A stretch of DNA of 58,530 nt from an uncultured Nitrospirota bacterium (lineage in GTDB: Bacteria > Nitrospirota > Nitrospiria > JACRHA01), in contig CAZYNY010000003.1 of assembly GCA_964648095.1 (NCBI GenBank), positions 1 through 58,530 of the forward strand, read 5' to 3'. The first letter of the stretch is position 1, and each line of letters begins with the position of its first letter. The translations under genes and the position numbers were made by a program. Shown here one piece after another: positions 36,128 to 45,017 of this stretch. The notes beneath the pieces were generated by a model. It was not told the origin of the DNA, did no database searches, and worked only from the letters and a program-made list of their open reading frames with translations.

Positions 36128-36540
36128 GCAAGGTATTTGTTGACACATCTGCATGGGCGGCCCTCTTCAATAAGAAGGATGATAATTTCAAGGCGGCGGT
36201 GAAGGTATGGGAGGATTTGAAAAGACAGGATGCCTTGCTTTTTACCACTGACTATGTCATTGATGAACTTCTTACGCTCCTTAAAGCAAGAGCAGGAACG
36301 GATATAGCAGTTAATAGCGGTTACAGTATCCTTACGAGCAAAGTGATGCGGATGATAAGGGTTACGGATGAGATATTCTCGGGCACCTTAGAGACTTTCA
36401 AAAAATACAAGGAGCATGCCTTCAGTTTCACTGATTGCACCTCTTTTGAGACAATGAAAAGGTTGGGGATCGGCAAGGTTTTTACATTTGATCACGATTT
36501 CAAAATAATGGGGTATGAAATCTTAGGAGGGAGTAGTTGA
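36124..36540 (+). CDS. vapC: PIN-domain toxin VapC
   Basis: Acidic residues VFVDTS, VIDELL, FSFTDCTSF, FTFDHDF. Confidence 0.85.
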   Translation: MSKVFVDTSAWAALFNKKDDNFKAAVKVWEDLKRQDALLFTTDYVIDELLTLLKARAGTDIAVNSGYSILTSKVMRMIRVTDEIFSGTLETFKKYKEHAFSFTDCTSFETMKRLGIGKVFTFDHDFKIMGYEILGGSS

Positions 36541-36584
36541 AGAAAATAACTATGGCATTACCGCTTACCGCACCCTTGCCCAGA

Positions 36585-37820
36585 TTACTCATACCTCAAT
36601 GCCTCTGCAGGCTCCAGTCTGGAGGCCCTGAAGGCAGGATAAAAACCAAAAAAGAGCCCCACTGAGCCTGAGAAGAGGAAGGCGAGGATTATTGAACCCT
36701 TTGATATTAGCGTAGACAACGGGGAAAAGATTGAGATCAGATAAGATATTGAAGATCCCAGAAAGATCCCGATCAATCCTCCTAGAACAGAGATGACAGC
36801 CGATTCTACCAGGAATTGGATCAGGATATCACTCTCCCTGGCCCCTTCGGCCATCCTTATCCCGATCTCACGCGTCCTTTCTGTAACCGATACAAGCATG
36901 ATATTCATTATCCCTATACCGCCAACAATCAGTGATATCGATGCAATGCTCCCTAGAAGGATGGTAAATGTCCTTGTTGCATCATCAGCCGTAGCTGCCA
37001 CGTCTGTGAAATTCCTTATCGAGAAGTCGTCATCCTGCCCGGGCTGGATATGGTGTCTTTGCCTTAAGAGGTCGGTTATCTGCCGCTGGGCAACAAATGT
37101 ATCTTCGGGGCTTCTTGCAGAGACAAAGATGGAGCCTATATTGGTGACGCCGAGTATCCTCTTTTGCATCGTGGAGAGGGGCACTATAACTATATCATCC
37201 TGATCCTGTCCCTGCGCCGACTGCCCCTTACCGGAGAGGACCCCTATTACGCGGAAGGGGATCTTCCAGATCCTTACTGTCTGATTAATCGGATCCTGCG
37301 AACCGAAGAGATTATCCGAGACAGTCTTTCCGAGTACAGCAACCTTGGATGCCCCATCCTGGTCGGACTGTTTGAAGAAGCTTCCTGATTCTGATTCAAC
37401 AGGCCATGATCTGACAAATTGATAGGATGGAGTTGTCCCAAGTATCATGGTTGACCAGTTCTGGTTGCTGCTTATCACCTGTGTAGCGGTCCTTAGGGTT
37501 GGGGCTACAAGATCTACAGCAGAGCATTCCTTTTCTATTGCCTTTGCGTCATCTTCTGTGAGGGTTGTCACACTCCCGGCGCCGCCCCTTACCCCTCCAT
37601 GAAAGGAGGATCCGGAATGAACCATCAATACATTCGATCCCATGCTGGCGATCTGTGCTTGTACGGCCTTTGATGCCCCCTGGCCCACAGCCACCATTGC
37701 AATGACGGCCCCGACCCCTATCACTACACCGAGCATTGTAAGTGCAGAACGCATCTTATTTCTCCCCAATGCCCGGAGCGCTATCTTTACTACCATATAT
37801 ATCTGGTTTAAACCCCTCAC
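36585..37820 (-). CDS. MacB/FtsX-family ABC transporter permease
   Basis: ALRALGRNKMRSALTMLGVVIGV, a large periplasmic loop, and a C-terminal FtsX 3-TM bundle. GTG start overlaps the ATPase stop. Confidence 0.9.
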   Translation of the reverse strand: MRGLNQIYMVVKIALRALGRNKMRSALTMLGVVIGVGAVIAMVAVGQGASKAVQAQIASMGSNVLMVHSGSSFHGGVRGGAGSVTTLTEDDAKAIEKECSAVDLVAPTLRTATQVISSNQNWSTMILGTTPSYQFVRSWPVESESGSFFKQSDQDGASKVAVLGKTVSDNLFGSQDPINQTVRIWKIPFRVIGVLSGKGQSAQGQDQDDIVIVPLSTMQKRILGVTNIGSIFVSARSPEDTFVAQRQITDLLRQRHHIQPGQDDDFSIRNFTDVAATADDATRTFTILLGSIASISLIVGGIGIMNIMLVSVTERTREIGIRMAEGARESDILIQFLVESAVISVLGGLIGIFLGSSISYLISIFSPLSTLISKGSIILAFLFSGSVGLFFGFYPAFRASRLEPAEALRYE

Positions 37821-38548
37821 CTCTTCTCTCCAGTGAATTCCACTGCCCTTATAGGCTCCTCAATAATTGAATCCGATTCTACCTCTCCATCTCTTAGTTT
37901 AATTATCCTCTTTGAAAAAAGGGCTATATCCTTTTCATGAGTGACAAGTATGATCGTTATCCCATTTTTCTCATTAAGGGTTTGAAGGATCTCCATCACC
38001 TCAGTACTTGTCCTCGAATCCAGGTTTCCGGTTGGTTCATCTGCAAGTATCAGTGGAGGATTCTTTACCAATGCCCTGGCTATTGCGACCCTCTGCTGTT
38101 CACCACCTGAGAGCTGTGTTGAAAAATGGCCTGCCCGGCCTGCCAGCCCTACCTTCGATAATGCCTCCATCGCCCTCTCTCTCCGTTGCTTCCCTGCAAT
38201 GCCACTATATAATAAGGGCAGCTCTACATTTTCCAGTGCAGTGTGTCTTGGGAGGAGATTAAACCCCTGGAAGATAAAACCGATCCTCTTATTCCTGATC
38301 TGTGCCAACTCGTCTTTTCCGAGGCTTCTTATGTCCACCCCTTCAAGGAGATACCTTCCGTCTGCCGGTCTGTCCATACATCCTATTATATTCATCAAGG
38401 TCGATTTGCCTGATCCGGAAGGTCCCATTATCGAGACAAACTCCTTATGGTTGATATGTAACGATATCCCTCTGAGGGCATAAATATCCACTGACCCCAT
38501 CTTGTAAACCTTTCGTAATTCCTCCATCCTGATTAGCTCAGAACCCAT
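37817..38548 (-). CDS. ABC transporter ATP-binding protein (MacB/LolD-like)
   Basis: Walker A GPSGSGKST, signature LSGGEQQRVAIARA, Walker B LILADEPTGNLD. Start at ATG 38548 (MGSELIRMEEL). Confidence 0.93.
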   Translation of the reverse strand: MGSELIRMEELRKVYKMGSVDIYALRGISLHINHKEFVSIMGPSGSGKSTLMNIIGCMDRPADGRYLLEGVDIRSLGKDELAQIRNKRIGFIFQGFNLLPRHTALENVELPLLYSGIAGKQRRERAMEALSKVGLAGRAGHFSTQLSGGEQQRVAIARALVKNPPLILADEPTGNLDSRTSTEVMEILQTLNEKNGITIILVTHEKDIALFSKRIIKLRDGEVESDSIIEEPIRAVEFTGEKR

Positions 38549-38552
38549 ATTT

Positions 38553-39770
38553 TTAATAGAACCTGAATGCTGCAGGACGCTTAGAGGATACCGTGGATTT
38601 ATTAATCTCGATGGCAATCTCCTGTCCTTCTTTGATATCCCCTGATATTACCTCACTATACTGGCCATCAGATATGCCGAGCTTAACCCTGGCCGGGCTT
38701 AGGATATCTTTTTCAAAGACCCACACAGTCGAGAGCGACTGGTTAGCTTCGTCGCTCTTCTTATCGCCTCCAGTACCCTTTGTGTTTCCAGGACCATCCA
38801 CCCTGTCTTTAATATCAGGAAGCCTGAACCGGAGCGCTGCATTGGGTATTTTAAGCACGTTATCTCTTTGTCCTATTATGATAGTCACATTGGCTGTCAT
38901 CCCAGGCCTTAACTTTAATCCGGGGTTCTTAACGTTTATTACCACATTATATGTTACTACATTCTGAGATATGCTGGGCTGATTATATATCTTTGAAACC
39001 ATTCCCTTAAAGGGGTCTTGTGGATAAGTATCGACTGTCAAAGAGGCAGGTTGTCCGACCTCTATCCTACCTATATCGGCCTCATCAACGTTTGTGTCTA
39101 TCACCATCTCGCTGAGATCGTTGGCTATAGTGAAAAGGGTAGGGGCCTGTAGTGATGCGGCAACGGTCTGGCCTATCTCCACATTCCTCGATATGACTAT
39201 CCCGTCTATAGGGGAGGTGATAACGATATTGTCCAGGTTCAGCCTGGCAAGCCTTTCTGCGGCCTCCTCTTCCTTAATCCTGGCTTGAGCGGCATTAAGC
39301 GCTGTTAGCTCTGAATCAAAGTTTGTCTGGGCAGTATCCTTTTCGCTCTGAGATATAAGGTTCTTTGAAAAGAGTTCATTGGCCCTGGCCATCTCCTTTC
39401 TGGTATTTGCAAGTGTTACTTTTGCCCGCTCCGCATTTGCAATGGCGCTTGCAAGCCTTGCCTTTATCTGATCAAGCTGGGCGATAAATATGGCAGGGTC
39501 AAGCTCCGCAATAACCTGACCCTTTTTTACGACAGAATTAAAATCGGCATGAAGGTTTTTTATAATCCCGGATACCTGGGTCCCGACCTGGACCGTAATC
39601 GATGGATTTATCCTTCCGGTTGCTGATATAGCAGAGGATATGCTACCCCTCTCAACTTTTGCAGTCTTGTAGCGTTGTTCCTTCCCGCCCTTGCTGTATA
39701 TGAAAATGGCGGCAATAGCGAGGGTAGAGACCGATAGGAATATGGCCAGTAAATATCTCTTTTTCAGCAT
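38553..39770 (-). CDS. Efflux periplasmic adaptor (MacA/HlyD family)
   Basis: N-terminal TM, a lipoyl / alpha-hairpin / beta-barrel pattern, and operon context with the MacB-like genes. Confidence 0.88.
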   Translation of the reverse strand: MLKKRYLLAIFLSVSTLAIAAIFIYSKGGKEQRYKTAKVERGSISSAISATGRINPSITVQVGTQVSGIIKNLHADFNSVVKKGQVIAELDPAIFIAQLDQIKARLASAIANAERAKVTLANTRKEMARANELFSKNLISQSEKDTAQTNFDSELTALNAAQARIKEEEAAERLARLNLDNIVITSPIDGIVISRNVEIGQTVAASLQAPTLFTIANDLSEMVIDTNVDEADIGRIEVGQPASLTVDTYPQDPFKGMVSKIYNQPSISQNVVTYNVVINVKNPGLKLRPGMTANVTIIIGQRDNVLKIPNAALRFRLPDIKDRVDGPGNTKGTGGDKKSDEANQSLSTVWVFEKDILSPARVKLGISDGQYSEVISGDIKEGQEIAIEINKSTVSSKRPAAFRFY

Positions 39771-39803
39771 AAAGCTAACAATTTCATTGTTGCGCCGGTA
39801 ACA

Positions 39804-40391
39804 TCAAATCTTGCTAAGTAGTTGTATTGTTTCATCTATGCGAGATTTGTATCCCATCATCATTAGCGAATCGCCCCCGATTAATTCCGTTGTTCCATTG
39901 GGGATTAATACCTGACCAGACCTTTTAATTAAGATAATTAGCAGACCCGGCGGTAGTTTCAAGTCGCTGACCTTTGCTCGGACTAGAGGGGAATCCTTAG
40001 TAATAGTAATTGTCTCTAAAGCTGCAGAGCCGCTCTTCAATCCCTCCTTGAGTTCCAGGACTTTACTGATTAGCATTCCGTCACTGAAATAGGCCATCTC
40101 TTCTTCGAACCTCAGAAGGGTCTGCTTCAGGCTTCGCAATCTGTTAACGCTATCCAATACCCCCGTCCCTTCAAGGGGAACCTTACCTTCATTTAGCAGA
40201 TTCCATATCTTTAACCCGAGCGCCTCATATTCCTTGTCGATCTTTGAGTCGAGCTCAGAGGCCTGGATAGATCTCTTTATTGATCCCACCTTAGCCGAGG
40301 TCTTTTCAGCAATCTCAAATAATATCAGCTTAGCACCGTAGAGATCGATGTATAACTCATTTTTGAGTCTTTTTAATAGATTTGAAATCAT
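39804..40391 (-). CDS. Coiled-coil protein with C-terminal TrkA_C (RCK_C) domain
   Basis: VSDLKLPPGLLIILIKRSGQVLIPNGTTELIGGDSLMMMG matches the TrkA_C pattern. The N-terminal part is unassigned. Confidence 0.6.
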   Translation of the reverse strand: MISNLLKRLKNELYIDLYGAKLILFEIAEKTSAKVGSIKRSIQASELDSKIDKEYEALGLKIWNLLNEGKVPLEGTGVLDSVNRLRSLKQTLLRFEEEMAYFSDGMLISKVLELKEGLKSGSAALETITITKDSPLVRAKVSDLKLPPGLLIILIKRSGQVLIPNGTTELIGGDSLMMMGYKSRIDETIQLLSKI

Positions 40392-40589
40392 AAATAAAAT
40401 ATTATTTCAAATAGATATACACTATATCTAATGTACTATATTAGTTTATCATAACTAACTTATTGAAAACATAAAAAAGAAATTGTATGATATCAGAGCC
40501 TCTTGTAAAGCTAAATATTATGACGCCAATGCGTCATTCCGGCGAAATTTAGATATTTTTCTAACTTCGTATAAGATATATTATGTCAA

Positions 40590-41789
40590 CTAATCCAGAT
40601 CGTCCTCGGTTCCCTCCTTCCTGTCACGGCCTTTACTTTTAACTATCAGGCCTTCACTGTCTCTCTTGATGATTATTTCTTCGCCCCAGGCATCTCTGGT
40701 CTCCTTATCTTTGATATAGCCGGCCTCTACCAGTTCCCTAATCTTATCCGGCAGATCTCTCCTATTTAGATGATATACATTGGCTGCTTGCCTTATCCTC
40801 TCGATCCTGTTTTTTGTTATATGAGGGTATATAAGTCCATTAAAGAGATTAGAATTGATTGGTTCAAAGCTCATGGTTAGTAAGGTAATACCCAGGATTA
40901 TTATCCCTGAAAAAAGGACCAGTATATCTGTCAGTCCCCCATATCTGGAGCGGATCTCTTTGATGCCGGCAGCTATGGGAGATGGCCTCCTCCTCTCAAG
41001 TTCCTCTTCTGTGACCTCAACCCTTTTTATATACCCACCCATAAGGAGGTTTGAAAGCGCCTTGCACGCATCGAAATCACCCATCTGGCTAATGGCAACA
41101 ATCGCACTTACATCTCTAGTGCCATCTATCAGGTTGTATATATTAATCTCTCCCTGACTCAGTCCTCCCTCACTTTCTGTTATGCCAAGATCGTCGTCCT
41201 CTTTTGGCTGGGCCTTTTTCTCCTCCTTTTGTATCGGTATGTCCAGCTTTTTATCCGGATTCGTCTCGAAGATGATGTCAAGGCTAGATATCATCTTCTC
41301 AACAAAGGGCCACTCATCAATCCTCCTTATCCCCTCCATCAGTATAAATTCAGTTGATATCTGAGAGAGATAATCCTTGTCATATTCAACATCTGACTGC
41401 TCAAAGGTATATTCCCCATCCTTTATACGGAAGAGCTGGAAGATCGTCTCTCTAACCTGGAGCCTGAGCGCCCCCTGAAGGTCTCCTCTTGTTATTAACG
41501 CCATCTCTTCAAGTATTTGGCCCAGTTTTCCCCCGGTATCCTTCTGCCTGCTTAGCGCCTCCCTCAGACCTTCTTTTGTGATCTTCTCTGCCCTGAGAAG
41601 GATCTCCCCTATGCGATCGGGTCCTAACCTTTCCGAGGATTCTGCAGAAACTATCATTCCATTATCAAACAAGACAGAGGCCTTCTTTTTTTCCCATTTT
41701 ATCGTAAGTCTGCCTGTCTTCCTTTGATGGAATATCAGCTGAAATATATCGGCAAGCCCGAATTCCTTTAGTGTCCCTTCTAAAGCCAT
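40590..41789 (-). CDS. DUF4388 (PATAN-like) protein fused via a TM helix to a GspG-like pseudopilin globular domain
   Basis: N-terminus LEGTLKEFGLADIFQLIFHQRKTGRLTI (DUF4388). GspE_N-like helical repeats RIGEILLRAEKITKEGLREALSRQKDTGGKLGQILEEMALITRGDL. TM ILVLFSGIIILGITLLTM. C-terminus RDAWGEEIIIKRDSEGLIVKSKGRDRKEGTEDDLD resembles the T2SS GspG C-terminus. Confidence 0.65.
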   Translation of the reverse strand: MALEGTLKEFGLADIFQLIFHQRKTGRLTIKWEKKKASVLFDNGMIVSAESSERLGPDRIGEILLRAEKITKEGLREALSRQKDTGGKLGQILEEMALITRGDLQGALRLQVRETIFQLFRIKDGEYTFEQSDVEYDKDYLSQISTEFILMEGIRRIDEWPFVEKMISSLDIIFETNPDKKLDIPIQKEEKKAQPKEDDDLGITESEGGLSQGEINIYNLIDGTRDVSAIVAISQMGDFDACKALSNLLMGGYIKRVEVTEEELERRRPSPIAAGIKEIRSRYGGLTDILVLFSGIIILGITLLTMSFEPINSNLFNGLIYPHITKNRIERIRQAANVYHLNRRDLPDKIRELVEAGYIKDKETRDAWGEEIIIKRDSEGLIVKSKGRDRKEGTEDDLD

Positions 41790-41824
41790 AAGCTATCCAA
41801 ACAATAAATTAACTATTTTTACCT

Positions 41825-41926
41825 GAAAATCCCCCCCATCCCCTCCCCAACCCTCCCCTTGAAGGGGAGGGAACTCTTTTTCCCTCTCCCTCAGGGAGAG
41901 GATTAGGTGAGGGTGGGTTAATTTTC
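41825..41926. repeat. Nested double-hairpin repeat (family D, copy 2)
   Basis: The ends are GAAAAT...ATTTTC. Inner hairpins are CCCTCCCC-ttgaa-GGGGAGGG (41851-41871) and TCCCTCTCCC-tca-GGGAGAGGA (41881-41903). Confidence 0.8.
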
Positions 41927-41963
41927 ATGCTCCTTTGTGTCTCTTTAAGACATGAGCGTTTCA

Positions 41964-43856
41964 TTAGGTGTATTCCCTTGATCTATATATGTCTAATACT
42001 GAATATCCAAGTATTAATAAAAGGAGCGATAGATAAAAGATATTCCTGAAGTATTCCGGTATCAGGGACGAAGATAATGAACTCTTAGTGAAGGCACATC
42101 CTACAAACCAGGCCCAGATCAGTGCAATAAATATAAGATTTATAATAAATCCCTTCACAAAACGGTCCGTATGAAGATGTCCAGTGCCCGGTATTAGCCC
42201 GGCAAGGATATTTGCCCTACTCTCTTTCCGCTTTGCCCTGGTCCAGAGTTCTTTTATATCTTTAATCCCCTTTATGGTTTTTTTATCTTCCTGTCTTTTC
42301 TTCAGCATAGAGAAGCAGTTATTACAGACCTTGATATCATAGATATATCTGTGACATTTCCTGCATACAGCCCTGCCGCATACTGGGCAGCAGGTAGAGA
42401 GGCTTCCCTTCTTGCGGAGATGGGACGAAAATAAGGCCATTAAGATGATCAGGATAACCAGGGATGCCTGAAAAAATGGTTGATGGATCCCATTTACAAA
42501 AAGGGAGATATTCAACAGGACATGGTCTTCATTTAGCCCTTTAAAGGAAATTGCCTTTTCAAAAAGGTCAAAGATTGAAAAGTTTTCATCTATAACAAGA
42601 TGTTGATAGCTTAATGTCGACTTTTTTGCATAAAGATCAGCAAGTTCTTTATTTAATCCCCTTGCCTCTTCAAATTTCCTATTTCCCTCATCAAAGGAGA
42701 GCATCTCCCTTAATGCCTGACTCATATTGTAATGGGAGGAGATAAGCCGTTTGTCCTTTTCTGTTGCGGACTTATAATAATAAATGGCCTTTTCGTAATC
42801 TTTTTTATAAAAATAGATATTTCCTATATTGTTTAATATCTTTGGAGGGCCTTGATTTTTGGTTAGGGCCTCCTCGTAATAGAGGAGGGCATCGTCAAGA
42901 CGCCCTTGCATCTTCATGGATATTGCCGCAGAAAAATATCCCTTCCAATCTTCCTTGTCCTCATCGGCAATATCCCCATATCTGCCTGATGGAGATATCC
43001 ACTCTCCCCGGAATATCTTATTCATGGCCTCCAGTCCCCTGGATCCGCCTGAAGAAAAGAAGGATCCTGAAAGCGGAAGTAGTAAGGTTGCTGATCCTGC
43101 GACAAGGAGAAAGAGAATGCCAATTGTCTTTTCTCTTTTTCCCATATATATCCAGACCAGCATTAACCAGAAAATTATGGGCCAGATAATGCCTCTTCCC
43201 AACAGGAGAGGAAGCGAGGAGATTGCAATTATGATCATTATTATTGAGTATCTCTTTAATGCTATGCCTGCCCATTCGTTGAGATTATGTTCTATGAGGG
43301 GTATATATCTTATCAGTAAATATATAAAAAATATTACGAAGGATGAGATCAGGGACAGGAGTAAGATAATTACAAGGGTGCCTGCTAAATAAAATATATT
43401 CCAGAAATCTCTACAGGATACAATAATACCGTCTATGTAGCTGCTTAGGGCAGCTATTATCGACTTATCCCTTAAGAATAAAAACTTTGCGATATGATAA
43501 TAAGAGGCGGGATAGTCAGGTGATATCTCCCTTGCAGCATAAGCATTCTCAATGGCGGAATCAACATTCCCCTTTGCCATATCCTCCTCTGCCTCAATCA
43601 ACAATGCCGTAGATACCAGATCTAAGTTGTCTACGCCCAGTTCAAGCTTTATCTTTTTGATCTTTTCGATTGCAGCAGCAGCCTTAACTCTGTCACCATC
43701 TTGTAGATAACCAAGGCGGTTTTGCCATTCCTTTTCTATTAAAGACGGAATTGGGTCTGTTTCCTCATTCATCGGCTGTTGGGCGAATAGAGGACCTAGG
43801 AGTGGCGAAGTAAATAGAATGGTGAGGGTTATTATGAGGGTTTTTATGGCTTTCAT
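41964..43856 (-). CDS. Polytopic membrane protein with TPR repeats and an internal Cys4 zinc-ribbon
   Basis: Signal peptide, periplasmic TPR-like region, TM cluster, cytoplasmic TPRs (ALLYYEEALTKNQGPPKILNNIGNIYFYKKDYEKAIYYYKSA), CCPVCGRAVCRKCHRYIYDIKVCNNC, and C-terminal TMs. Confidence 0.6.
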   Translation of the reverse strand: MKAIKTLIITLTILFTSPLLGPLFAQQPMNEETDPIPSLIEKEWQNRLGYLQDGDRVKAAAAIEKIKKIKLELGVDNLDLVSTALLIEAEEDMAKGNVDSAIENAYAAREISPDYPASYYHIAKFLFLRDKSIIAALSSYIDGIIVSCRDFWNIFYLAGTLVIILLLSLISSFVIFFIYLLIRYIPLIEHNLNEWAGIALKRYSIIMIIIAISSLPLLLGRGIIWPIIFWLMLVWIYMGKREKTIGILFLLVAGSATLLLPLSGSFFSSGGSRGLEAMNKIFRGEWISPSGRYGDIADEDKEDWKGYFSAAISMKMQGRLDDALLYYEEALTKNQGPPKILNNIGNIYFYKKDYEKAIYYYKSATEKDKRLISSHYNMSQALREMLSFDEGNRKFEEARGLNKELADLYAKKSTLSYQHLVIDENFSIFDLFEKAISFKGLNEDHVLLNISLFVNGIHQPFFQASLVILIILMALFSSHLRKKGSLSTCCPVCGRAVCRKCHRYIYDIKVCNNCFSMLKKRQEDKKTIKGIKDIKELWTRAKRKESRANILAGLIPGTGHLHTDRFVKGFIINLIFIALIWAWFVGCAFTKSSLSSSLIPEYFRNIFYLSLLLLILGYSVLDIYRSREYT

Positions 43857-44446
43857 CTCTCCCCTATCTTTTTCTCGGTGCCGCCAAATAATCTGGCTAT
43901 ATTTTCACCGTGTCGATAATAGATTAACGGGAGCAGAAGGAAGGAGAATAACACAGCCTGGAACTCCCTCTGTACGAAGGCCATGATGAGAGGCAGGGTG
44001 CCGAAGGATAATAGTGCGCCAAGGGATGAATATCTCCAGACGAGCATAGCCGTCAACCATATAGATAGAGCAACAACCCCTGGAAGAGGAAAGGCAGCGA
44101 GGAGGACTCCAAAGCTTGTGGCAACGCCCTTTCCCCCTTTAAATTTGAGGGTAACGGGAAAGATGTGGCCCAGGATAGCTAGAAAACCTGCGCCAAGCGC
44201 TATTCCAGGATTATTCAGCGCATAGTAACCAAAGAGGACAGGGATGCTCCCTTTTAAGGCGTCACACAGGAGCGTAAGGATTGCAGCCGGCTTCCCTGCT
44301 ACCCGCAGGATATTTGTGAATCCGATATTCCCGCTTCCAGCGGATCTTGGATCGATATTGTCCAGTAACCTTGAAAATATCAGTCCAAAAGGGATCGAAC
44401 CTATAAGATATGACAAGATCAAGGTAATAAGTTTTATATAAGGCAT
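43853..44446 (-). CDS. plsY: Glycerol-3-phosphate acyltransferase PlsY
   Basis: GSGNIGFTNILRV, KGGKGVAT. Confidence 0.93.
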   Translation of the reverse strand: MPYIKLITLILSYLIGSIPFGLIFSRLLDNIDPRSAGSGNIGFTNILRVAGKPAAILTLLCDALKGSIPVLFGYYALNNPGIALGAGFLAILGHIFPVTLKFKGGKGVATSFGVLLAAFPLPGVVALSIWLTAMLVWRYSSLGALLSFGTLPLIMAFVQREFQAVLFSFLLLPLIYYRHGENIARLFGGTEKKIGER

Positions 44447-44471
44447 TTTATCTCCATGTTTACGTTAACAA

Positions 44472-45017
44472 TCATCTGTTCCTGGCATCTAATTCCCTCC
44501 AAAATCGCATGAAATATTGGCCGCCGGATATAAAGGAGAGCGCCATGGAGAGGATAAGCAGCAATTCTCCCCATAAATGCAGGTCAACAAAATCCAGATC
44601 TGCATCGATAATAAGCAGGATAATAGCAAAGATCTGTATGGCCATCTTTGCCTTTCCGCCTTTATCAGAGGAGATGATAATCCCCTCTGAGGCTGCTACG
44701 GCCCTAAGACCTGTCACTGCAATCTCCCTTCCGATTATCAGTAGCGCTATCCATGCATGAACTCTTTGAAAACCAACCAGGAGTATAAGGGCAGAGGAGA
44801 CCAAAAGCTTATCAGCGACAGGATCGAGAAGTTTACCAAGCCTTGTAATCTGACCCATCCTGCGGGCTACATATCCGTCAAGCAGGTCAGTGATAGAGGC
44901 GATAAGAAAGATGGATGCCGCAACTAACGTCCTCCACTTTGATGGAGTGGTATAGAGGAATACGAAGATAGGAATAAGTATTATCCTGATGGATGTCAGA
45001 AGATTCGGTATATTCAT
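44472..45017 (-). CDS. pgsA: CDP-diacylglycerol--glycerol-3-phosphate 3-phosphatidyltransferase
   Basis: DLLDGYVARRMGQITRLGKLLDPVADKLL (CDP-alcohol phosphatidyltransferase motif). Start at ATG 45017 (MNIPNLLTSIRI). Confidence 0.9.
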   Translation of the reverse strand: MNIPNLLTSIRIILIPIFVFLYTTPSKWRTLVAASIFLIASITDLLDGYVARRMGQITRLGKLLDPVADKLLVSSALILLVGFQRVHAWIALLIIGREIAVTGLRAVAASEGIIISSDKGGKAKMAIQIFAIILLIIDADLDFVDLHLWGELLLILSMALSFISGGQYFMRFWRELDARNR

